Source: Luteolibacter sp.
GTDB taxonomy: Bacteria; Verrucomicrobiota; Verrucomicrobiia; Verrucomicrobiales; Akkermansiaceae
NCBI GenBank assembly: GCA_044374015.1
Contig: JBIPND010000001.1
Coordinates: forward strand, 1-34,539
Reading direction: 5' to 3'
DNA length: 34,539 nucleotides
Shown here piece after piece: positions 1-9,653 of this stretch. Numbering within the stretch: the first letter of the stretch is position 1; each line of letters opens with the position of its first letter. The notes under the pieces were generated by a model. That model saw nothing but the letters and a program-made list of their open reading frames with translations. It did not search any database and was not told the DNA's origin. The translations under genes and the position numbers were made by a program.

Positions 1-71
1 TCGGCAGCGCGCGCAGACACGGTGAATTGCAATAGGGCTAGCAGAACCATGGCACGCAATTGATTCAGCAT
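1..71 (-). CDS. 5' end of a secreted protein running off the left edge of the window (partial)
   Basis: Not in the ORF track. My translation from ATG at 71 is MLNQLRAMVLLALLQFTVSARAA(E/D), a Sec signal peptide with an A-R-A|A cleavage site. GAGG lies 4 nt upstream. Co-directional with the redoxin gene, 53 nt downstream of it. Confidence 0.6.
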   Translation of the reverse strand, partial: MLNQLRAMVLLALLQFTVSARAA

Positions 72-124
72 CCGCCTCACTGTGGATTGGCGGGAATCAA
101 CGGAAATATACTGTCGATTTGTTT

Positions 125-1414
125 TCATTTGGCTTCAGCAGGCTTCGATTGAAGCTTGTCGGCGAGTGCCTTTTCGATGGCTGGCATCAAGGCTTCGCCG
201 CGGATGTTTTTGTTAGCGATGACCAACCCGGTGTCTCCGTCCACCAGCAGCATGTGGGGGATGGAGCGGATGCCGTAGAGTCTGGCAACATCCGCCTGCC
301 AGAACTTGCCATCATAAACCTGTGGCCACGGCATGTGTTTCTTGGTGGCGAAGTCGGTTAGCTTGGTTTCCATGCCTTCCTTGTCGAGGCTGATGCCAAG
401 CACTTCGAAACCCTTGGCATGACAGGCTTCGTAGGCCTTGATCACGTTTGGCAACTCGGCCACGCATGGTCCGCACCAGGTCGCCCAGAAGTCGAGCAAG
501 ACGACTTTGCCTTTGTAATCACCCGGGAACGTTACGGTTTTCCCGGTGAGGAGTTTGCCGGTGAATGCCGGGGCTTTTTTGCCGGGGCTGAGATCCACCT
601 CCTGCGGTGCCACCTTGGGTGCTGGCTTCTGAGCGGGTGTGAGTTGGAAGTCCCCATCGAGTGTCAGATTGCTGATGGCCCACCATTTGCCATTCACTTC
701 GAAGGGTTTGTGGGCGGGTGTTACAAATCCCATGCGGCCGGTGTTTGGATTGGCGATCCCGAGCCAGAGGATCGGATTGCTCATCACATCCTGGGTGAGT
801 TTGAAATGGCCGACACATCCGGCATCCTCCAACGCGGCCGGAACGGTCTGCCCGTCGATGATCAGATCTCCGGTGAGTCCGTAGTCGCTGTAATAACTGA
901 GCATGAGCGCGGCTCCCTGGGGGGCGGGTGTCGGTTGTGACTTGTCGAAATAGAATTTCAACCTTCCCTCACGCAGTCCGGCGGTGAAAGGGATGGATAC
1001 GGTGGCGTCCGCAGTCCAGTTGATGCCGTCGTCACCGTTGCGGAGTTTGTAGGTTTTGTTCTCCGATTTGCAGGCAGGATCGTCGGTGAAATCGCCGTTG
1101 GCATTGCTGTCCACAAACAAGCGTTCAGGGCTGTTGTTCGGAGCATCCGCGATGACAAGGAATGTGGCGGGAGCATCGGGTGGTCCCAGTTTGATCTCGC
1201 CATAGAGCGGTGACACCAATCCCTCCGGAGCGTGTTTCAGTCCGGCGGGGGCCTCCGCTTTCAGCAGCAGCCCGTGTGGACGGAAGCCACTGATTTTTTC
1301 ATGAATGCCGGAGGACTGCCAGTTCAGGTGATGAACTACTTCCTGTGAGATCGCCGGCGTGGCCAAGGCAATGAGTTGTAACGCGAGCGAATTGTAAGTG
1401 GGGTGGAATTTCAT
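125..1414 (-). CDS. Exported TlpA/ResA-family thiol-disulfide oxidoreductase (C-terminal redoxin domain, long uncharacterised N-terminal region)
   Basis: Signal-peptide-like N-terminus. APAFTGKLLTGKTV...YKGKVVLLDFWATWCGPCVAELP (CxxC), GFEVLGISLD and YGIRSIPHMLLVD (cis-Pro loop) are canonical TlpA-like motifs. Confidence 0.92.
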   Translation of the reverse strand: MKFHPTYNSLALQLIALATPAISQEVVHHLNWQSSGIHEKISGFRPHGLLLKAEAPAGLKHAPEGLVSPLYGEIKLGPPDAPATFLVIADAPNNSPERLFVDSNANGDFTDDPACKSENKTYKLRNGDDGINWTADATVSIPFTAGLREGRLKFYFDKSQPTPAPQGAALMLSYYSDYGLTGDLIIDGQTVPAALEDAGCVGHFKLTQDVMSNPILWLGIANPNTGRMGFVTPAHKPFEVNGKWWAISNLTLDGDFQLTPAQKPAPKVAPQEVDLSPGKKAPAFTGKLLTGKTVTFPGDYKGKVVLLDFWATWCGPCVAELPNVIKAYEACHAKGFEVLGISLDKEGMETKLTDFATKKHMPWPQVYDGKFWQADVARLYGIRSIPHMLLVDGDTGLVIANKNIRGEALMPAIEKALADKLQSKPAEAK

Positions 1415-1483
1415 GAGTTGAATGGTTGAATGATGAGTGGATTGGTTTGGGGATTCTGGGGTGGGGACTGGGATGCAATCGCT

Positions 1484-3271
1484 TCACAGCGGTGTCGAAA
1501 ATTGATCAGTTTCAAAAGACCATATCCGTCCGCGAGGACTTTCTATCAAAATGCGGAGATGGTTGGTGGCACCCGGTGTAAGGTCCCTGAGTTCGATGGT
1601 ATTCTCGCCATCGATGGCGGAAACCGGTTTGCCAGGGTGAGGCCAGAATCGGGTTTTCACCTCGCGATAGCCGAGTTCACGATCAAAGGTCAGGCAATCT
1701 TCGGGTCCGTGAAAAACGGTGAGAGTGGCCTTTTCTCCAGCGGCAAGGTCAAGGCCTGAAATTGGAATCACCAGCTTGGCCGAGGTGCGGCTGATGTTTG
1801 TGATTTTCCGGGGGCCGATGGTCGCCGGCAGTTTGTATAGATCCTCGAGCGCTTGATCTCCCTGAAGCCAGTCGGGCTTCGGTTGAGTGGCCGGAGCGAG
1901 AGTGATGGGTTTTCCGGATCCATCCTGATAGACCATGCCACCCATGCCCATGGAAAACCATCCGTCGTTGGTCTTGCGCCAGTGTTTGGCGGCGAGCCCT
2001 TTTCCGGCGGCCATGGTATCGATGGTGTGCCACCGTTTCTTGTCGTCGAGCATCCAGCCCCTGCGTTGGATGTCGCGGACGAGGTCACCGCTGCGTTCGC
2101 GGTCGGGAGGTCCGGGTTGTTCGACAAAGGCGCCCGGGTTGAGGGATCGCATCGGCTTGTCGCCATTCCAATCCGCGGCGGCGGCATAAAGTCGGAAGCG
2201 CTGGGTTTTCGGATCGAGAAAGTAGCCGAACCACTGGACCCACGGGCCGGAGACTTCCCCCCGGAGAGCAAGGGTGACCTCCCGGGTGTCGTTGCCGAAG
2301 GGTTGCCAATCCCCGCGAAGTTTGACGCCGGAGCCCTCATGGCCGAAGGAGCCGAACTCGGCCTCGGGTGACCCCGCCGCGAGCATGTGCGACCATTGTT
2401 CCTGCGGCTTCGGTTTGCCCGTGCTGAAACTCCAGAGCGAGAAATTGGCGGTTCCCGAGGAAGTGCCGTCGGCGGTGAAGCTGGTGCCGAAGTAGCCGAA
2501 GGGCGTGGTGACCGGCGAGTAGCTCGGCACCTTGGCGGACTCGGCGATGCGGGTGGTCATCACCCATAACTTCGGTGCCGCCACGGTGCTGCTGGAAAAC
2601 CGGGCGTGGCAGGCGGCCGGTCGCCAGCGGGCGCGGAGCACGCGGGCATTGGCAGCGGCAGGGCCGAAGAGTTCAAGCCGGTGGAGCTTCCCGACCTGCT
2701 TGCCGGCGAGGGAATCGAGACGGACGGTTAGAGTCTGCCAGCCGGGTCGGGTGATATCAAATGTCAGAGGCTTTCCCTGCGGACGTTTGGCGTCCGGCTC
2801 AGCATGGGTGGTTAGGGACTGGTGGGCGTCGCCGAGCGAGTAGTCCAACTTGCTCCCGGCATCGCCGGAATCCACCACGAGATGGGAGTTGAGATACAAC
2901 TTGCCGGGATGTTCGATCCAAAGATGCCAGCGCAGGGTGGTGGTCGGTTTGTTCCACTGATTCAAGTATTCGAAATCCGGTCCGATGAATTCCGCTCCGG
3001 CGGCGTCTTTGACCGGGGATTGGCCACTAGCGCGGATGCCGGAGTCGAAGAACCCGTTGCTGGCGGTTAGAGCCAGTTTGCCGTCAGGGGTTTGCTGGCC
3101 GAAAAACGTGTGATCCCGAGCCGCAGGATCCGGGAATGGCAACACGGGTTGAGAGATCTGTCCGTCGCCGGGCGGAACGGTCAGGGGGCGATCAAGGGCC
3201 GCGACCGGAACGCCGAGGAACAGCAGCAAGGCGGACGTCCGGCATACGGTTGAGAGGGTGTGCTTGCTCAT
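1484..3271 (-). CDS. Secreted DUF5077/DUF3472-like protein with C-terminal FN3-like domain
   Basis: Start moved to ATG 3271 (MSKHTLSTVCRTSALLLFLGVPVAA, signal peptide); the ORF-track extension to 3475 overlaps the sulfatase. A CBM-like segment (LRWHLWIEHPG...GWQTLTV...LELFGPA) precedes GYFG...FSLW...FGHEGSG...AFVE, matching my recollection of the DUF3472 pattern GYFG..FSVW..FGNEGSG..FLE. Confidence 0.75.
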   Translation of the reverse strand: MSKHTLSTVCRTSALLLFLGVPVAALDRPLTVPPGDGQISQPVLPFPDPAARDHTFFGQQTPDGKLALTASNGFFDSGIRASGQSPVKDAAGAEFIGPDFEYLNQWNKPTTTLRWHLWIEHPGKLYLNSHLVVDSGDAGSKLDYSLGDAHQSLTTHAEPDAKRPQGKPLTFDITRPGWQTLTVRLDSLAGKQVGKLHRLELFGPAAANARVLRARWRPAACHARFSSSTVAAPKLWVMTTRIAESAKVPSYSPVTTPFGYFGTSFTADGTSSGTANFSLWSFSTGKPKPQEQWSHMLAAGSPEAEFGSFGHEGSGVKLRGDWQPFGNDTREVTLALRGEVSGPWVQWFGYFLDPKTQRFRLYAAAADWNGDKPMRSLNPGAFVEQPGPPDRERSGDLVRDIQRRGWMLDDKKRWHTIDTMAAGKGLAAKHWRKTNDGWFSMGMGGMVYQDGSGKPITLAPATQPKPDWLQGDQALEDLYKLPATIGPRKITNISRTSAKLVIPISGLDLAAGEKATLTVFHGPEDCLTFDRELGYREVKTRFWPHPGKPVSAIDGENTIELRDLTPGATNHLRILIESPRGRIWSFETDQFSTPL

Positions 3272-3333
3272 GATTGGGGTGGGTTGCGGGGCGCCGGATG
3301 GTTTACTGTGAGGAAGAGTCCCGGCTGCGACCG

Positions 3334-3353
3334 CTCGCGCACAGTTGCGCGAG
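3334..3353. other. GC-rich intergenic inverted repeat (8-bp stem, 4-nt loop)
   Basis: CTCGCGCA-CAGT-TGCGCGAG lies in the 157-nt gap between the sulfatase stop and the DUF3472 gene start. Function unknown; there is no U-tract on the minus (coding) strand. Confidence 0.45.
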
Positions 3354-3428
3354 TTCTTTGGCAAGTTTTCCCACCACTTCCGGGTGCTGCGATGGCTTTC
3401 ATGTCGGGTGAGATGTTCGCGTGGCGCG

Positions 3429-4865
3429 TTACTTTTTTTGTGGAATCTGCGCGTGGTTGTCCTTGAGCCATGCATCGAGGCGGGTGGTTAGATCGGCGCG
3501 GATTTGAGGCTGATGGGCGGCGAGGTCGGTGGTTTCGGAGGGATCCTTGGCGAGGTCGTAGAGTTCCTCTTTGCCGGTCTCCCAGAAACGGATGAGTTTC
3601 ATGTCGCCCCGGCGGATGACTGAGTAAGGTGTCACCCTGCCGCCGCCCCAGTAATGTGGGTAATGCCAGCAAAGCTGATCGTGGATGGGCTTTTCCTCAC
3701 CCTTGAGGGCGGGAAGGATGTTCATGCCGTCAAAGGTGGGGCATTTGACTTCGCCCCGGGGATCGGCCAGGGCGAGGAGCGTCGGGAAGAAGTCCTGGGT
3801 GATGACTGGCACGGCGCTGGTGGAGCCGGGCTTGGTTAGGCCGGGCACCTTGATGATCAGGGGGACGCGGAGCCCGCCTTCGTAGGCGTAGCCCTTGCCA
3901 AGGCGCTGCGGTGCGTTGCAGGTGGCGGGAGGCTTGCCGGCGTGGATGACACCTCCGTTGTCGGAGGTGAAGATGACGATGGTGTGATCGCTGAGTTTGA
4001 GTTTTTCGAGGGTGTCGAGAATGCGTCCGAGGCTTTGGTCCACGCTGGTGATCATGGCGTGATAGATGGCATTTTCCTGGCCATCGGCGGGCGGGACCTG
4101 GCGGGCTGCTTCGACGAGATCCTTTTTGCCCATCAACGGGTCATGGACGGCATAGTGCGGCAGATAGAGAAAGAAGGGTTGGTCCTTGCTGGTTTCGATG
4201 AATTGGATCGCTTCGTCGGTGAGGCGGTCGGTGAGGTATTCGCCCTCCTGGCCTTGTTGCTTCAGGGTAGCGATTCCGCTGCCCTTGGCGCTGCTGGTTT
4301 TGGTGTCGTTTGCTTTTCCGTAGGGCCAGAAAAAGGACGCCGGGTGGCCGGCGGCCGCGCCGGCGATATTGAGATCAAAACCATGATGCCCGGGGAGAGA
4401 GTCCGTGCCTCCGAGGTGCCACTTGCCGATGCTGGCGCTGCGGTAACCGCATTGTTTGAGGGCCTCGGCGAGGGTGACTTCATCCTTGGGCAGCGACTTC
4501 TGCCAGTCGGGGATTTTCAGGAGCGCGTTTTTGCCACCGTTTTCGCCGGGGATGTAGTCGGTGAGGTGCAGGCGGGCGGGGTTCTTGCCGGTCATCAGGG
4601 CAGCCCGGGTGGGCGAGCAGACGGCAGCTGCGGCATAGGCTTGGGTGAACTTCACACCCTCCTTGGCAAAGCGCGTCATCTGGGGCGTCTTGAAATACCT
4701 GGAGTCGAATGGCTCGCCGTCGTGCACGCCCATGTCGTCGATGAGCATGACAATGATGTTAGGCTTTGGCGCGGCAAGCGCGTTGATGGTTAGAAAACCG
4801 ACCAGCTGGAGACTGGAAATCGCTTTGAGGGTCGCGTAGACGCCGCGGCTCTTGGATCGTTGCAT
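3429..4865 (-). CDS. Secreted formylglycine-dependent (S1, Cys-type) sulfatase
   Basis: KPNIIVMLIDDMG, VCSPTRAALMTG (CxPxR), GYRSASIGKWHLG, FTSDNGG, GKGYAYEGGLRVP and ELYDLAKDPSE motifs; signal peptide ending ALA. Confidence 0.96.
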   Translation of the reverse strand: MQRSKSRGVYATLKAISSLQLVGFLTINALAAPKPNIIVMLIDDMGVHDGEPFDSRYFKTPQMTRFAKEGVKFTQAYAAAAVCSPTRAALMTGKNPARLHLTDYIPGENGGKNALLKIPDWQKSLPKDEVTLAEALKQCGYRSASIGKWHLGGTDSLPGHHGFDLNIAGAAAGHPASFFWPYGKANDTKTSSAKGSGIATLKQQGQEGEYLTDRLTDEAIQFIETSKDQPFFLYLPHYAVHDPLMGKKDLVEAARQVPPADGQENAIYHAMITSVDQSLGRILDTLEKLKLSDHTIVIFTSDNGGVIHAGKPPATCNAPQRLGKGYAYEGGLRVPLIIKVPGLTKPGSTSAVPVITQDFFPTLLALADPRGEVKCPTFDGMNILPALKGEEKPIHDQLCWHYPHYWGGGRVTPYSVIRRGDMKLIRFWETGKEELYDLAKDPSETTDLAAHQPQIRADLTTRLDAWLKDNHAQIPQKK

Positions 4866-4932
4866 GGTGCTTGCTGGGCTTCCGTTTCCCGGTGAATGGC
4901 GGCGGTGATGGGTTGAGAGGCGGGTGAACGGG

Positions 4933-5736
4933 CTAATCGCCAGCCGCTTTCTCCGTCATTTCACCCGAATCGGGCTCCGCTTGATGAAACCAGGTGGCGA
5001 GACAGGGCTTTTTCGGATCGCGCCCGGGGTAGAAGACCAGATTGGCGCGTTGTCCCACTTCCAGGCGGATGCCGGTGCGGATAATGAAGCGGAGCTCATC
5101 GCCGTTGGCGTGGACCGCCTGCACGGAGATGAGTGTCATCGCTCCCTTGACCGGCGTCGGAACGATTTTCACGCTGCGAGGACCGAGGGTGACCGAGGTT
5201 GACGCGATCTTGGCCTTGATCGGTTGATCGCAGAGGTTGACGAGACGGAAGGAGTCCGGTGGGAAATCCGTCTGATTGGACGGCAAGACCAGGGAATCGG
5301 GCTTGTCCCAGCCTTTGGTCTCCTTGGCCCGGGTCAGGAAGACATCATAGTGGCCCGGAGTTTGCGGAATTTTGAAATCACCGAAAAGCGGCGGATCTTT
5401 GTCTTCCGAACCATCCTGATTGGCAAACACGCGCAGGATTCCACCGCTGACCGGCAGCGCGATGGACGGCCGGTTGAGGACCCCTGGAATCGTTCCGAAT
5501 CCCTTCTTGTTTCTCACACAAAGGGTGGCCGGGGGCGCGGCATCGGGATCAAGCGCGATCGCTTTCATTCCAGGACCGCCTCCTTCCCAATAGGCGTCCG
5601 AGTTGGCGCCGATCGGCACCAGTGAAGCGGTGACCGGTGGCTTTGCGGATTTCTCTTGAGCCGTCAGTGGTGACGCGGTGAATACCGCAAGCAGGCAGCC
5701 GGTTAGGAAAGGCATGAGGGCGCGGAGGTGGTTCAT
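4933..5736 (-). CDS. Secreted hypothetical protein, translationally coupled partner of the upstream pilin-like gene
   Basis: ATG at 5736 overlaps the TGA of the upstream gene (ATGA). MNHLRALMPFLTGCLLAVFTASPLTAQ is a signal peptide. Beta-rich body with FPPDSFRLVNL...RANLVF. Confidence 0.75.
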   Translation of the reverse strand: MNHLRALMPFLTGCLLAVFTASPLTAQEKSAKPPVTASLVPIGANSDAYWEGGGPGMKAIALDPDAAPPATLCVRNKKGFGTIPGVLNRPSIALPVSGGILRVFANQDGSEDKDPPLFGDFKIPQTPGHYDVFLTRAKETKGWDKPDSLVLPSNQTDFPPDSFRLVNLCDQPIKAKIASTSVTLGPRSVKIVPTPVKGAMTLISVQAVHANGDELRFIIRTGIRLEVGQRANLVFYPGRDPKKPCLATWFHQAEPDSGEMTEKAAGD

Positions 5737-8700
5737 GACGGGTTTTGGATTTCGCTGGCGGCGAGCCAGCGGAACGATTGGATATTGAAGCGCCGGCCAA
5801 AGCTCAGGCTGGCCTTGCTGAGAGAGCCGACCACCGGCGTGCCGCTGCCAAGGTCGATGGCGGGTTTGAGCGGATCGTCCGCGGGATCGACATACTCGAT
5901 ATTGCGTTGCACCACCGCCTCGCACCAGGCGCGGGCGACCTTGCCGTCCTTGCTGCTGGCCTCGCCGTAGGCGCGGATCCGGAAGGTGTCGCCACGGGCG
6001 GTGATGGCGGGGGCCAGCGCGGTGAGCAGGTCGCCCTGGGAGAGGTGGCCGGGCATGCCGTAAGCGATGGAGCGGGAACGATTGGCGGCGGTGGGGACTG
6101 GGCCGACCGCCGTGAGTTCGGTCATTCCGGTGCGTTCCAAGCCGCGGTTGAAGTTGGAATTGGCGATGGCCTGATCGAGCGTGCCGCTGGCGGATAGAGT
6201 CACATCCGTGGTGAGCCGGCGGTTCACGAAATCGGCGACGGACAGGAAGGGGCCGCGCTTGCGGACCTCATCAACGATTTTTGCGGCGAGGTTGGCGATG
6301 TCGGCATCCGAAAGCGAGCGGAACGCATTCCATGCCTCGGGCTGCGCCGGGCTGGTGATGGAGGTGGTTCCGGGCGCGCCGCTGATGATGGATCTGGAGA
6401 GCGGGTGGTCGCCCGTCGATGGATCACCCTCAAGGGATTCGCGTTGCAATCCGCGCATGCTGCCCAGGAGGGCGGTCCATGCCTGGATGGAGGTGCTGTT
6501 GATGTTGAAGGCGCCGCGGTTCGTCAGGAATTCGGCGGAGTGAAAATAGGGGAAGGTGGGATCGCTGGAGAGCTTGTTTTCCACGGTTTCGGGAGTCATC
6601 CGCGAGGACCCCGGACTGAAGACATATCTTCCCACGGGTAGTGGAGTGTTAGGTTTCCAATTCGGACGGCGGCTTCCCGGCGATCCCTGATAGGGGATGG
6701 ATGACAGCATGAAGCGATCCCAGAGCGCTTCGTTCGCCTCGAAGGAGAGATCATAAACGAGCACCTCGTCGAGACTTCCCTTTTGGATGATGGTGTCGTA
6801 GTCGAGGGGGTTGTTGGCATTCACCGGGTTGTTTTTCCAGCGGTTGGCATCCTTGACCTTGTCCTTGATGGCGGTGGCGTCGAGGTCCGCGTTCATGGTG
6901 CGCTCGCCGTGGCCGATCACGAAGGAGGGGTGCCAGGTGGAATAGGAGAGCTGGGCGTGCTGGAGCTGGCCGAGGGAGATGATGCCGGTCTTGCGCCTGG
7001 GCACATCATAGAGGGCGCAGGTGGAGGGGAATCCGTCGTCCGGCTTGGCGAAAGGAGAAGGTGGATAGAAAGTGGCGAGCAGTTGGGGATCGGTCGGCTG
7101 GAGGAAGTAGGTATGGCTGTCAAAAGCCGGACGATCCCAACCGCCGGAGAAGGGAAGGTTGACCCAGTTGCGGTGGTAAACGAGGCCGCCGCGGATGTTG
7201 GAGGATGAGAACCACGGCTGGGTGTAGCGGGCCCAGGCAGGCTTGCTTCCGTTGGCGATGTATTCGGCCTTGTCATCGAACCATGCCATGCGCACGCCGC
7301 GGCGCCAGAGGCGGGGCGGACGGCGGTTGTCGAGCGCTCCGATGCTGGTGGCGCCGGGTTTGAACTCGCGGAACGGAGTGCCGTTGTTGGACGGATGGTT
7401 GTTTTGTTCCGCAGCATACCACTTGTCGTAGCGTTTGAGGCCCCAGTTCTGACAGATAAAATGGGCGATGCGGGGGAAGATAGTGGTATTGGCGGTCACC
7501 GAACTCCAAGTGATGCCGCCGCGGGGGCTTCCATCCACCTGGGCGACGATGAATTCATCATCAAAACCATTTCCGGTGGAGTAGAAGCTGTTGAGGTTAG
7601 AAGAGAAACCGTAAGGGAGGTCGCGGTTGGCCGCCGTCTCCTTGGGAAGTGGCGTAACGGAGTTGAAATAGAAATTTTCAACGCCTGGAATCTGTTCGGA
7701 CGTCAGGACGTTGGCGTCGTATTTGACCGGGTCGAACTCGGCGGCTCTTCCATGAAGTTTGGCTCCGCGCGAGGCGTTGGCCGCCGGGGTGAAGATCTTG
7801 GTTTCCCCGGGTAGAAACTCCGTCGCTTCGGTGACAAAACCGAGAAAGGCGGAGGTCGGCTTGCCGCACATGTCATCGAAATAGAGGCGGTCACCACGGG
7901 AATCCACCTCTGCCCCGCGGGCGACGAATGATCCATACGTCGGGTGGCGCAGCATGACGACGAAGCGCGCGGACTTGAGGGTGACGTTGAAAGGGTTCCA
8001 GAGCGTGACGCGGGGATAGATGTGGCCGCGGAGGTACTCGGTGCCGGAGGTGTCCTTGGTGTAGGGTGAGAAATCCCATCCGAGCGATGCCTCCACGACC
8101 ACCGGCTGGATGGCGGGTTTTGAGACATTGGTCAGGTCGCGGATGGGGCCCGCGGCGGATTTATCGTAGCTTTGGAACTTTGTGGTCGGAGCTTGGAGGG
8201 CCATGGCGGCCGGGCCGGAGTCATTGTCGAGCCGATCCGCGAGGTCGGCCCAACCCTTGAGGATGCCGAAGCGGGGACCGGTGGTGAGGTGGTGCCTTCC
8301 AGGCAGGATGGGATCGGTCTCCTTGAGCCCGGTGAGAGCGGTGGCCGGATCATTCCCGATGCTTCCCTGGGCGAGGAATGCGGATAGATCGCGTTTCAAG
8401 CCGCTGTCCCTGACGTTGGTGAAAAGTCCGAGCGAGTCCGCCGTCAGGTGGAGTGACGATTCGGCGATGGACTTGTGGAACGCCGCCGGATTGGCCACGG
8501 GCAGAAGGCTGCCGGTATTGAGGCTGACCACGGAGGCGAGTTGTTTTGGATCCAGCGCCGCAAGTCCGGCAAGCGGCATGCCGGCGGGAGGGGTGGTGTC
8601 ATAGGTTTCGAAATCGAAATCCTGGGCGGCAACCAGCGAAAAGTGTTGGCGGTCGGCGGAGTCCTTTTGCAAATCCGGCAGATTGATGAGTGCTTTTTGA

Positions 8701-9365
8701 TTTTCATCGGAAACCCACCACGCGCAGGTGCCGCCATCTTTGAGCGGCAGCTTGGGCACCTTGACCGCGGATTGGGGTCTGCCGGTTTCCAGCAGGGTGA
8801 CGAACGAATTGTCCGGGTTGATGTCAGGCGAGACCCCGTTGGCATTGGGCGAGCTGACGAGCCAGCGGCTGGCCGCCGCCTTGGGCGTGCGTTGGTCGGT
8901 CAGGAAGACATCCCTGTTTTGGATGCCGATGGGAAAGGTGCCGGGTTTGGCGGCGGTGAGATCTTCGTCGGGCCGGGTTTTCCAGACGCCGAGCCATGAG
9001 GGATTGGGGCTGGCGGAGTTTTGCTGGTTGGCATTGGCGGTGACGCGGGTGTCGGGGCCGGCGGATTTCTGGAGATCGCCGAGTGCCAGCATCAAGGCGA
9101 GGCGGGCGTTGGCTCGTGCCCGCGCCTGCGTCTCACCATGGCCGCTGGCCCGCAGCGAAATGGTGGCGAGACTGAGTAGCCCCACCGCGACGATCGTCAG
9201 GAGAATCATCAGGCTGAGAGTGACCACCAAGGCGAAGCCCCGCCGATGCGGCATGGCGCGGCCCCCCCTCGTTTGCGCGAGCCGCTTCCGTGCGTTCACC
9301 CGCTTGCGGGTGCTGTCGGGCCTTTGGTTCTTGGGGCCATTGGGCAGGATCCGGTTCGATTTCAT
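5733..9365 (-). CDS. Large PilX-like / Verru_Chthon cassette protein A-type pilin-like protein
   Basis: Basic leader, then RRG|FALVVTLSLMILLTIVAVGLLSL (prepilin-type cleavage plus hydrophobic helix) and ARANARLALMLALGDLQKSAGPDTRVTA. C-terminal motifs GPFLSVADFVNRRL, QGDLL...RGDTFRIRAYG, AWCEAVVQR and FGRRF...FRWL are typical of this verrucomicrobial family. ATG 9365 preferred over TTG 9374. Confidence 0.82.
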   Translation of the reverse strand: MKSNRILPNGPKNQRPDSTRKRVNARKRLAQTRGGRAMPHRRGFALVVTLSLMILLTIVAVGLLSLATISLRASGHGETQARARANARLALMLALGDLQKSAGPDTRVTANANQQNSASPNPSWLGVWKTRPDEDLTAAKPGTFPIGIQNRDVFLTDQRTPKAAASRWLVSSPNANGVSPDINPDNSFVTLLETGRPQSAVKVPKLPLKDGGTCAWWVSDENQKALINLPDLQKDSADRQHFSLVAAQDFDFETYDTTPPAGMPLAGLAALDPKQLASVVSLNTGSLLPVANPAAFHKSIAESSLHLTADSLGLFTNVRDSGLKRDLSAFLAQGSIGNDPATALTGLKETDPILPGRHHLTTGPRFGILKGWADLADRLDNDSGPAAMALQAPTTKFQSYDKSAAGPIRDLTNVSKPAIQPVVVEASLGWDFSPYTKDTSGTEYLRGHIYPRVTLWNPFNVTLKSARFVVMLRHPTYGSFVARGAEVDSRGDRLYFDDMCGKPTSAFLGFVTEATEFLPGETKIFTPAANASRGAKLHGRAAEFDPVKYDANVLTSEQIPGVENFYFNSVTPLPKETAANRDLPYGFSSNLNSFYSTGNGFDDEFIVAQVDGSPRGGITWSSVTANTTIFPRIAHFICQNWGLKRYDKWYAAEQNNHPSNNGTPFREFKPGATSIGALDNRRPPRLWRRGVRMAWFDDKAEYIANGSKPAWARYTQPWFSSSNIRGGLVYHRNWVNLPFSGGWDRPAFDSHTYFLQPTDPQLLATFYPPSPFAKPDDGFPSTCALYDVPRRKTGIISLGQLQHAQLSYSTWHPSFVIGHGERTMNADLDATAIKDKVKDANRWKNNPVNANNPLDYDTIIQKGSLDEVLVYDLSFEANEALWDRFMLSSIPYQGSPGSRRPNWKPNTPLPVGRYVFSPGSSRMTPETVENKLSSDPTFPYFHSAEFLTNRGAFNINSTSIQAWTALLGSMRGLQRESLEGDPSTGDHPLSRSIISGAPGTTSITSPAQPEAWNAFRSLSDADIANLAAKIVDEVRKRGPFLSVADFVNRRLTTDVTLSASGTLDQAIANSNFNRGLERTGMTELTAVGPVPTAANRSRSIAYGMPGHLSQGDLLTALAPAITARGDTFRIRAYGEASSKDGKVARAWCEAVVQRNIEYVDPADDPLKPAIDLGSGTPVVGSLSKASLSFGRRFNIQSFRWLAASEIQNPS

Positions 9366-9416
9366 GGTTTTCAAGGAATGGCTGAAGTTGAAGAACTGGC
9401 CGAAGTTGTCAAATTG

Positions 9417-9436
9417 AATTTAGCTGCTGATAAATT
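9417..9436. promoter_or_regulatory. Candidate operator, imperfect palindrome (motif 1, copy A)
   Basis: AATTTAGCTGCTGATAAATT, 51 nt upstream of ATG 9365; 17/20 identical to 26456-26475. Confidence 0.6.
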
Positions 9437-9543
9437 TTGTGCGGAATGGACCGGATGGGCAGCTTGCAGGCGGCGGTGGCGGGAAAATGCCGCCACCTCA
9501 CGCGACTCCACATGATTTCGTAATTCAGGTCCGTTGTCTTTGC

Positions 9544-9575
9544 GAATTTGCGTCTGAAAATTTAGAAATCGCGCA
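9544..9575. promoter_or_regulatory. Candidate AraC/XylR-type direct-repeat site (motif 2, copy A)
   Basis: GAATTTGCGT...GAAATCGCGCA, half-sites starting 21 nt apart (9544, 9565); same layout as 18533-18564. Confidence 0.5.
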
Positions 9576-9653
9576 ACGGGTGGTGTTGGTGGTGACATGG
9601 TGCAATTTGCAGATCACCTGCCAGAAAGGTTGGAGACGTAAAAATCTGGCATT

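Noticed and set aside
49-66. TGGCACGCAATTGAT as a sigma-54 promoter
   Set aside because: No GC at the -12 position (GG-N10-GC fails), and it lies within the signal-peptide coding region on the other strand.
3272-3475. N-terminal extension of the 663-aa ORF
   Set aside because: Overlaps the sulfatase 3' end and buries the signal peptide that begins at ATG 3271.
5737-5925. N-terminal extension of the 330-aa ORF
   Set aside because: Lies inside the conserved C-terminus of the pilin-like gene; the ATGA overlap and signal peptide point to 5736.
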